The translations under genes were made by a program, and so were the position numbers. The notes under the pieces are model-generated. The model saw only the letters and a list, made by a program, of their open reading frames with translations. It was not told the DNA's origin and ran no database searches. A stretch of 40,666 nucleotides of DNA. Origin: Clostridia bacterium. GTDB taxonomy: Bacteria; Bacillota; Clostridia; Christensenellales; UBA1242. The stretch covers positions 1 to 40,666 of the forward strand of contig JAFYKU010000056.1 in the NCBI GenBank assembly GCA_017537405.1. The letters are read 5' to 3'. This document shows positions 9,038 through 15,862 of the stretch, one piece after another; position 1 is the first letter of the stretch; the number at the start of each line of letters is the position of its first letter.

Positions 9038-10168
9038 TTAAATAATTTGATTATGTGTTTGGCTTGTTTGGTTAATTTTTAAACCTTGTCCATGATTAAT
9101 AACAATTCTTAATTTTTTTGGTTGTTGTTTATTTTTGATATCAATATCTCGAATCAATTCTTTTTCTTCTGCAAAAGCTTCGTTAATAAAATTTTGTTGA
9201 CTGAATTGATAATTATTACCCACCGCATAACGCGTGTTGATGTTCTTTTTTAACTGCTTCAAATCATATCCATTGAGGTACGCACGAATCGGACTGTTTT
9301 GCCATAAATGAGCATTGATTTCTTCGTGTGGGAAAAAGGGTATTCCTGCATTAACCACATAACTACAAACCAATTCAATATATTGTGCTGTTCCGTTTCC
9401 GTTTGGATTAATCGATTGCGGTAAATCATCCCAATTTAAAATATCCCATTCTAATGGTTCAACAGTAAACCAATAACTTTCTTTTTGTGTATCAAGATTG
9501 ACACGAACATAACGCGTATTGGTCAAATTTGAAACATATTCAGCATGGCGAATCGGTTTATTATTTTCACCAACAAAACAACCCAGATAAAACTTTCCTG
9601 TGGGAACTAAAAAACCATCATGCCTTAAATTTTCCAATTGCCAAGTATCACTTTCATCTAAAAGAGTTTTTGGATAATCACCCATTAAAAATGATTTAAT
9701 CAAAAAATCATTTTGAATCTTAAACTTTTCTGTATCTTGTTTTGTTTTAAAAAATTTATCTTGCACGGCTAAGAAAGCATCAATATCCATTTTTATTTGT
9801 GGGCAAATACCTTGTCCTAAATCGCGTTGCCATGGTTTTTGTAATTTGAACTCACTTTTCTCTAAATAACTATTGGGCTTACTACAATCTTCTACATTAA
9901 AAGTAAAAACTTTTTTTTCATCTTTTAAATCAACACCAGAACAAGTCCACATGTTCACAATTGAATTAGTATAAACCGTTTTTGTTTGTTGGTTATTTGC
10001 TATCCGAGCATTAATTCTTGCATAACCACTTGTATACCTTTTTTGATAAAAATCAACCTGTTTTAAAATATCTTCACGAGATGGCAGATAAAACATATCG
10101 GTCGTAACAAAGTGTTTATTTGTTGTGTTGTTTAATTTTACAGGAACGATTAATTCAGATATTTGCAT
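9038..10168 (-). CDS. DUF6273-like permuted paralog (no ATPase)
   Basis: Motifs are MFYLPSREDIL, GICPQIKMDIDAFLAV, PTGKFYLG...RYVRV...YWFTVEPLEWDILNWDDLPQSINPNGNGTA, LWQNSPIRAYLNGYDL and NFINEAF. The Shine-Dalgarno sequence is aagaggt. Confidence 0.85.
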   Translation of the reverse strand: MQISELIVPVKLNNTTNKHFVTTDMFYLPSREDILKQVDFYQKRYTSGYARINARIANNQQTKTVYTNSIVNMWTCSGVDLKDEKKVFTFNVEDCSKPNSYLEKSEFKLQKPWQRDLGQGICPQIKMDIDAFLAVQDKFFKTKQDTEKFKIQNDFLIKSFLMGDYPKTLLDESDTWQLENLRHDGFLVPTGKFYLGCFVGENNKPIRHAEYVSNLTNTRYVRVNLDTQKESYWFTVEPLEWDILNWDDLPQSINPNGNGTAQYIELVCSYVVNAGIPFFPHEEINAHLWQNSPIRAYLNGYDLKQLKKNINTRYAVGNNYQFSQQNFINEAFAEEKELIRDIDIKNKQQPKKLRIVINHGQGLKINQTSQTHNQII

Positions 10169-10178
10169 ATTACCTCTT

Positions 10179-10208
10179 ATTATATTATATTCAACCCACT
10201 AAATTCAA
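10179..10208 (-). promoter_or_regulatory. putative promoter of the 9038-10168 paralog
   Basis: On the minus strand the -35 is TTGAAT (10203-10208) inside the motif GGTCTTGAAT. An 18-nt spacer precedes the -10 TATAAT (10179-10184). The Shine-Dalgarno sequence AAGAGG follows. Confidence 0.5.
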
Positions 10209-10219
10209 GACCCAAATTT

Positions 10220-11527
10220 TTAACGCGTATAACCAAGGTCATCATTTTGATGTGATTGGCTTTCCTTAAACATTTGACGGATTTCATAAGGATCTACTTT
10301 TAAAACTTTTCCGCAACATGGAGTGAACTCAATATCACGCCAAACCAACCAAAATAAATTTTTAATTCTTCGGTTTTCTTCTTTATCGGTAACAACATCT
10401 AAGCCATCGGTAAAAATAATTTTATAAACATTTTGCATACGGTCTTTTGAAAAATGAGCAAGTGCTTCATCGAAACTGGTTCCGCCACGCCCTACAATTT
10501 GAAATTGGTCAATATCTGACACTTTTTTAATACTTTGAAATCCATAAAATTGGGTATCAAAACAACCAACCTTTAGCTCGGCATTACGCACTAGATTTTT
10601 AATCTCCCTTAAAAAACCACGCAACAAATTATCATCAACAGAGCCACTGGTATCCAACATGACTTCCACCAAAGCTTTGTCTTCACGATATTTATATTCA
10701 ACGCGTGGTTGCCAATCATTGTTGCGGTCAGCTCTGCGGTAAGACCAATAGGCTTGTTCTAATTCCTTAAATTTTCGTCTCAAAACTTTTTGCCAATTTT
10801 CAATCGGCTGCGCTTCACCAACAACTCCTAAATCAGTTTTCATAGCACCTTGATTTTCACCATGCGCCATACCTTTTTCAGCTTTCAAATCTTCCATGAT
10901 TTTTCGCGCCAATTTTTGTTTCAATTTTTCATTAACCTGTGTGAACTGTTTTTCGCGAGCATTGGATGATTCGTCTTTGGTTGTTTGTGTTTGATTATCG
11001 CTTTGTTCTTGTTCCAATCGTTTTAAGGCTGCTTCCCACAATTCATGGTTACCAACAGACATTTCTCCTGTGTTTTGATGCTTATCATGACCAGTGTCAT
11101 TTTGCGACTCTTCTTTGAATTGGTCTTTATGCATTAATATATATTCGTACATTTCTTCCGCTGATTTTCCGCGTGCATTAGGAAGATTAATTCCACCTTG
11201 GGGTAGTGGTAACCCTGCATCGATAATCATTTGATTAATCACAGCATCAGTGGCAATGTTCCAATAATATAAAATACGATTTTTACTACGGACAATATGA
11301 TCAAAAGCCACATGCATCACTTCATGCGCAAATAAAGCTATTTTTTCTTCAAAACTTAACTTCTCTAAAAATGAAGGTGATACCCGTACATTATTACCGT
11401 TCGTATCTGCCGTTTCTGTTTTATCTGTAACTTCAAAAACTAATTTTTGCATTACAGGCCCTAATAGCGGAAATTTACTTAATACGCCATTTTTCACTTC
11501 TTTTAAAGCTTGTACTTGCATCATCAT
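10220..11527 (-). CDS. VWA (MIDAS) domain protein with an N-terminal HExxH putative metallopeptidase domain (DUF2201_N + DUF2201/VWA-like architecture)
   Basis: HEVMH is at 11312-11326 within FAHEVMHVAFDH. The MIDAS-like DTSGS is at 10640-10654 within VMLDTSGSVDD. A Gln/Glu/Lys-rich linker lies between the two. It is the first gene of the paralog array and on the same strand. Confidence 0.8.
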   Translation of the reverse strand: MMMQVQALKEVKNGVLSKFPLLGPVMQKLVFEVTDKTETADTNGNNVRVSPSFLEKLSFEEKIALFAHEVMHVAFDHIVRSKNRILYYWNIATDAVINQMIIDAGLPLPQGGINLPNARGKSAEEMYEYILMHKDQFKEESQNDTGHDKHQNTGEMSVGNHELWEAALKRLEQEQSDNQTQTTKDESSNAREKQFTQVNEKLKQKLARKIMEDLKAEKGMAHGENQGAMKTDLGVVGEAQPIENWQKVLRRKFKELEQAYWSYRRADRNNDWQPRVEYKYREDKALVEVMLDTSGSVDDNLLRGFLREIKNLVRNAELKVGCFDTQFYGFQSIKKVSDIDQFQIVGRGGTSFDEALAHFSKDRMQNVYKIIFTDGLDVVTDKEENRRIKNLFWLVWRDIEFTPCCGKVLKVDPYEIRQMFKESQSHQNDDLGYTR

Positions 11528-11570
11528 GAGTAGTGTACACTAATCAATTCCGCATTGTAAATACATGACC

Positions 11571-12401
11571 TTATTTTTCGATTGGCATTGCCGCTTTAAT
11601 GCGTAAATATTCTTGCAAAATTTCAGTTATCGTCGCATTGTTATAAACATTGTGTTTGTCTTTAAAAACCAAATCTGTCTGCCATTGCTTTACTGTTTTT
11701 AATCGAATATACGGAAAGAAACGCCACGAAGCACAATAATGACGAATCACCGTATCGCGATTAATTCGGCGTTGGCGATTATAACGCGGATGCAAAATCA
11801 TTTTTTTCACAGCACATTTATTTAACGCTGTTTGGTCAGATAAAAATAAGTTTTTTTCGATACACATCTGACGCGCCTTTTCCATTAAATGTGTGGCGCG
11901 AATTTGTGGCATATTCATCAACAAAACACCCGAGTTGCAATAATTCCAACCAAAAAACCAATGCCCAAAATAATCACGGCAAGCTGCGTATTCATAATCT
12001 TTTAAATCAATCGCAAATAATTCGGTTAACGAACTTAATATTAAAACATCTGTATCTAAATATAAAATCTTGTCGGGAAGATCGGGAATTTCATTTGCGT
12101 AAAGACGCAACATCGCGTAAGGCGTAAATCGCTCACCACAGGTTAAGTCACCGTCTTTGCGGAAATTCTCAGTTAAATCAACTATACGACAAGAACTTTC
12201 TGTGTTAACGGTATGTAAAACATCTTCCAAAACTTTGCGTTGCATTTCACTGACTGGCAAAAATTTCGGATTATCCTCCGTTAAATCCATCGTTAAAATT
12301 ATAATGTTAATTGGTTCTGGATTATATTTCACTAACGAAATTACCGAACTCAACATCCCGTCAAACGCCGCAGCATTACCGGCATACATGATGTGATACA
12401 T
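11571..12401 (-). CDS. glycosyltransferase family 8-like protein
   Basis: The N-terminus YAGNAAAFDGMLSSVISL resembles GT8. The DxD motif appears as LYLDTDVLIL, and NSGVLLMN is also present. Confidence 0.65.
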   Translation of the reverse strand: MYHIMYAGNAAAFDGMLSSVISLVKYNPEPINIIILTMDLTEDNPKFLPVSEMQRKVLEDVLHTVNTESSCRIVDLTENFRKDGDLTCGERFTPYAMLRLYANEIPDLPDKILYLDTDVLILSSLTELFAIDLKDYEYAACRDYFGHWFFGWNYCNSGVLLMNMPQIRATHLMEKARQMCIEKNLFLSDQTALNKCAVKKMILHPRYNRQRRINRDTVIRHYCASWRFFPYIRLKTVKQWQTDLVFKDKHNVYNNATITEILQEYLRIKAAMPIEK

Positions 12402-12403
12402 TT

Positions 12404-13186
12404 TTAATCATTCTCCTTTTTGCGATAAATAATTTTTTGATAATTACTCATTTGGCTTCTAGCTACCATTTGTGCATAAATACGGTCGCGTAAGTCTTGG
12501 ATTTGCGTTTTGTGATCCAATTCGCGATTCGGATAAAAAGGTCCGTCTACATAAGTCACAATTTTAATTTTGTTTTTATGTTTATGATAAGTATTTGTAA
12601 AACAAAACGCTGGCACATTATATTTTACAGGATAACGAAACGAAGTCGCCACAAATGGACGGATACCAGTATAGTATGGCCAGATATGTGCTTCGGGGTA
12701 AATTAAGATTGGTTTTTTATCAGCTACAATATCATCAATCGCTTTGATAAATTTTTTTGTATTTACCATATCGGGTAAAATTGGTAACGCCCCCAAACGC
12801 CTTGCTAACCAACCAATCCCTGGTAAAGTAATATTACTTTCGTTGACAATCACATAACTATCTTTAGGAGCAATAATTTTACACATCGCAGCATCAAAGA
12901 AATTTTGCGTATGATTACCATATATAAAGTAACTAGATTTTTTAACTTGTTTGAAAGCTTTCTTGTTTACAATTTTCCAACGAAAACGAAACTTCGCATG
13001 ACACCAAGCGACAGGGGTACCAATCATACGGCACCAAAAGAAATGATGTAATTTATAAAAAGGATTACGGCGGTAATATGTGTAAGGACGCCCCCAAGAC
13101 TTTGTAGATTTAGTTTCACTGAAATCATCATTTAATTCATCACAATATTCAATTACTTGCGGTTCGTCTTGAATTGATGTTTTCAT
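12404..13186 (-). CDS. putative acyltransferase (PlsC/LPLAT-like)
   Basis: YGNHTQNFFDA is an HX4-5D-like motif, and IYPEAHIWP is a PEG-like motif. The assignment is tentative. Confidence 0.45.
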   Translation of the reverse strand: MKTSIQDEPQVIEYCDELNDDFSETKSTKSWGRPYTYYRRNPFYKLHHFFWCRMIGTPVAWCHAKFRFRWKIVNKKAFKQVKKSSYFIYGNHTQNFFDAAMCKIIAPKDSYVIVNESNITLPGIGWLARRLGALPILPDMVNTKKFIKAIDDIVADKKPILIYPEAHIWPYYTGIRPFVATSFRYPVKYNVPAFCFTNTYHKHKNKIKIVTYVDGPFYPNRELDHKTQIQDLRDRIYAQMVARSQMSNYQKIIYRKKEND

Positions 13187-13279
13187 GTTTTAATTATATA
13201 ATACCAATCTTTATTTGTAAAATTTTTACCCATTAAAAAAACTACAAAAAAAATTGTTGAAAAATTTTGTGTGAACTAC

Positions 13280-13307
13280 TTGATTTTATGTGGCGGTATG
13301 TTAAAAT
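13280..13307 (+). promoter_or_regulatory. sigma-70 promoter of the 13337 gene
   Basis: The -35 is TTGATT (13280-13285). A 16-nt spacer precedes an extended -10 TGtTAAAAT (-10 at 13302-13307). The Shine-Dalgarno sequence aaggggga lies before the ATG at 13337. Confidence 0.6.
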
Positions 13308-13336
13308 ATAAACAAATAAAAAAGGGGGACAATTAA

Positions 13337-14725
13337 ATGAACACATTTAAAAAAATCGGGCTCTTTTTCTGTATCGGAATCATCGGGGTAGTCTTCGGTG
13401 TTGTAGCAGCGATGCAATGGCACAACCTTGGAGCAGCGGATACTACCGCACATAAGCATCCATTGACCAAAGTTACTGGTCATGCGGCAACCTGCCAAGA
13501 AACAGGTATCAAAGATTACTGGGAATGCCCAGATTGCGCAAAGTATTTTGCGGACGCTGAAGGTTTGGTAGAAATGACATCTACTGAATTAGCAAATTGG
13601 AAAGTGATTAAAAAAGCTCATCACGAAACCAATGAACATCACCATGTAGCAGAAATTAAAGCAAACTGCGCACACGATGGTAATATCGAATATTACACTT
13701 GTATATATTGCGGCGATTATTTCGATGACGCAAATTGCAAAATACCGGTTAGTAACGATTTTATCAAATACAATAAAACTAACAATCATGAAATCATTTT
13801 TGTAAAAGCAACTACTGCAAAATGTAATCAACCAGGTATGGCAGCACACTATGAATGTCAAGTTTGCGGACAAAAATACACAGACAAAAACGGTGAAACA
13901 ACCACTACTGCGGAAGCATTGGTAATTACTGTCGAACACGAATTAATACCAGTAGCAGCAGTTGAAGCAACTTGTACCACAGAAGGAAATATTGCACACC
14001 ATCATTGTACTGAATGTGAACAAAACTTCAAAAATGAACAAGCTTTGAATCCAATTGATGTTACTGTTGGTAAACTTAATCACGAAATTGAATATGTTGA
14101 AGCTACACCTGCAACTTGTGAAACCGCTGGTAACCACGCATATTATCATTGCAGTGAATGTGACGGAAAATTCACAGATGAAGCTTGCACAAAAATAATT
14201 ACCGATTATGTTATCAATGCATTAGGACATAATCATGTAGCAGTTGAAAATAAAACAAAATCAACTAACCGTTACTTATATTTCGAAAACATTTGTAACC
14301 GTGATGGATGTAACCATTTTAATGGTGAATTCAAAAGAACTTTATTTGCTGAAAACAATGTAAATTTAAACAAAAATCTCGAGCTTTTTGTAAGCAATGA
14401 TGAACATATAGAAATAACTATTAAAGACGAAAATAATGAAGAAAAAACAATACTTAAATATTTCGATTTATACAGATTAGATTGGAATAACAGTCAAAAC
14501 AATGGTCAAACCGTTAAAATCAATTTGGTAATTCCAGATATCTACGATAGCGAAAATGCGCAATATAGCTATAATGGTGACATTGTAAAAGGAATTCTTA
14601 CAACATTAGAAATTAATCTTGATGATGTAAAAAAGAATAACGACTTAGAATGGTATTTTGATTGGAACGGTGATGGAATCTTTGAACAAACAATCCGCAT
14701 TCATGTAGAAAACTTTAATGCGTAA
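13337..14725 (+). CDS. membrane-anchored protein with tandem His/Cys3 repeats and a C-terminal non-repeat domain
   Basis: The N-terminal transmembrane or signal-anchor segment is IGLFFCIGIIGVVFGVVAAM. Five full repeats follow the pattern H-x(6-9)-(A/T)-x-C-x3-G-x4-(Y/H)-x-C-x2-C-x3-(F/Y)-x-D, and one degenerate repeat follows them. Confidence 0.85.
   Translation: MNTFKKIGLFFCIGIIGVVFGVVAAMQWHNLGAADTTAHKHPLTKVTGHAATCQETGIKDYWECPDCAKYFADAEGLVEMTSTELANWKVIKKAHHETNEHHHVAEIKANCAHDGNIEYYTCIYCGDYFDDANCKIPVSNDFIKYNKTNNHEIIFVKATTAKCNQPGMAAHYECQVCGQKYTDKNGETTTTAEALVITVEHELIPVAAVEATCTTEGNIAHHHCTECEQNFKNEQALNPIDVTVGKLNHEIEYVEATPATCETAGNHAYYHCSECDGKFTDEACTKIITDYVINALGHNHVAVENKTKSTNRYLYFENICNRDGCNHFNGEFKRTLFAENNVNLNKNLELFVSNDEHIEITIKDENNEEKTILKYFDLYRLDWNNSQNNGQTVKINLVIPDIYDSENAQYSYNGDIVKGILTTLEINLDDVKKNNDLEWYFDWNGDGIFEQTIRIHVENFNA
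13451..14326 (+). repeat. coding tandem repeats (about 45-50 aa units, 5 full plus 1 degenerate) with a conserved H...C...C-x2-C pattern
   Basis: The units are GHAATCQETGIKDYWECPDCAKYFAD, EIKANCAHDGNIEYYTCIYCGDYFDD, ATTAKCNQPGMAAHYECQVCGQKYTD, VEATCTTEGNIAHHHCTECEQNFKN and TPATCETAGNHAYYHCSECDGKFTD. The degenerate unit is ENICNRDGCNHFNGEF. Confidence 0.8.
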
Positions 14726-14742
14726 TTAATCAATCAAAAATA

Positions 14743-14773
14743 AAACCCGGGGCAGTGCGTTCCGGGTTTTTTG
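14743..14773 (+). terminator. rho-independent terminator after the 13337-14725 gene
   Basis: The stem aaacccgg (14743-14750) pairs with ccgggttt (14762-14769). A T-run extends to 14772. Confidence 0.75.
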
Positions 14774-14781
14774 TTATAAAA

Positions 14782-14810
14782 AAAACGCACCACTCGGGTA
14801 CGCTTTTTTT
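14782..14810 (-). terminator. probable terminator of pyk (imperfect hairpin flanked by A8 and T7, possibly bidirectional)
   Basis: cgcacc (14786-14791) pairs with ggtacg (14797-14802) with one mismatch. On the minus strand a T8 run follows. Confidence 0.45.
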
Positions 14811-14823
14811 AATTTCGATTGGC

Positions 14824-15858
14824 TTATTTACCGTATTTTTGGCTCCAAGCTTCGTTTGCAATCTTACGCATATATTGAATGGTTTCAATTGGGAATTCAC
14901 CCATAGCTGTTTCTTCCGAAGTCATAACTGCATCAGTACCATCATATACTGCATTTGCAACATCTGAAGTTTCGGCACGGCTTGGGCGTGGTTTTTGCAT
15001 CATATTCAACATCATTTCGGTTGCAACAACTACAAATTTATTTGCGGCGTTACATTTTTTAATAATGATTTTTTGAACAGTTGGCAATTTTTCTAATGGA
15101 TATTCAACACCCAAGTCACCACGAGCAACCATAATACCGTCTGCTTCAGCAATAATTTCATCTAAATTTTCAACGGCTTGTACACTTTCAATTTTTGCGA
15201 TAATTGGAGTATTACCTGTGATTTTACGCATTTCACGGATATCTTCAGCTTTATTTACAAATGAAGCTGCAATTAAATCAACTTTTTGTTCAACACCAAA
15301 TTTCAAATCTTCAACATCTTCTGGACGCAAGAATTGTAAATGAACATCAACACCAGGAACAGCCATACTTTTTTTGTCAGCCATTTTACCACTGTTTTCA
15401 ATTTTTACAACGATTTCTTTATTTTCAGCTTTAACTTCTTGAACTTTAGAAATAATTAAACCATTACAAATTAAAATGGTATCACCAGTTTTTACATATT
15501 TATATAAATCTGGGTGAGAAATAGCAACACCTTGTTGGTTACCAATACGATCATCTTGATCGCAATACAAAGAGAAAATATCTCCTGGGTTTACCATAAT
15601 ACTTCCGTTTTCAAATGTGCGTAAACGGATATCTGGTCCTTTGGTATCCAACATAATTTTAATGTCTTTACCAAATTTTTCATTAACTTCGCGAATGCGA
15701 GCGAATTTGCGGCCATGTTCTTCGTGGCTGCCATGGCTGAAGTTACAACGGGCAATGTTCATGCCTGCGTCAGCCAAACCTTTGATTTTATCTACTTCTT
15801 CAGTCGCAGGACCGATGGTGCAGATAATTTTGATTTCCTTTTTATTTGTGCTTTCCAT
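14824..15858 (-). CDS. pyk: pyruvate kinase, short form lacking the C-terminal domain
   Basis: Motifs are IICTIGPA, ARCNFSHG, MLDTKGPDIRL, KIES, MVARGDLGVE, ATEMMLNMMQKPRPSRAETSDVANAVYDGTDAVM and SEETAMGEFP. The protein ends about 24 aa after the last motif, at 344 aa. Confidence 0.9.
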   Translation of the reverse strand: MESTNKKEIKIICTIGPATEEVDKIKGLADAGMNIARCNFSHGSHEEHGRKFARIREVNEKFGKDIKIMLDTKGPDIRLRTFENGSIMVNPGDIFSLYCDQDDRIGNQQGVAISHPDLYKYVKTGDTILICNGLIISKVQEVKAENKEIVVKIENSGKMADKKSMAVPGVDVHLQFLRPEDVEDLKFGVEQKVDLIAASFVNKAEDIREMRKITGNTPIIAKIESVQAVENLDEIIAEADGIMVARGDLGVEYPLEKLPTVQKIIIKKCNAANKFVVVATEMMLNMMQKPRPSRAETSDVANAVYDGTDAVMTSEETAMGEFPIETIQYMRKIANEAWSQKYGK

Positions 15859-15862
15859 AACC

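Noticed and set aside
825-10168. I considered whether the paralog array is a phase-variable surface antigen or lipoprotein family, like the Mollicutes vsp/vlp families.
   Set aside because: None of the six N-termini has a signal peptide or lipobox; they begin MELRDFIV, MDFCDLIS, MSMRLEDI and similar. Two are fused to cytoplasmic-type AAA+ ATPases. I saw no homopolymer or short-tandem-repeat switch tracts in the promoters.
13301-14149. Minus-strand ORFs (13301-13498, 13589-13939, 13943-14149) lie opposite the Cys-repeat gene.
   Set aside because: These are shadow ORFs of a gene with a strong promoter, Shine-Dalgarno sequence, terminator and internally consistent repeat structure. Their products are Cys/Phe-rich nonsense-like sequences.
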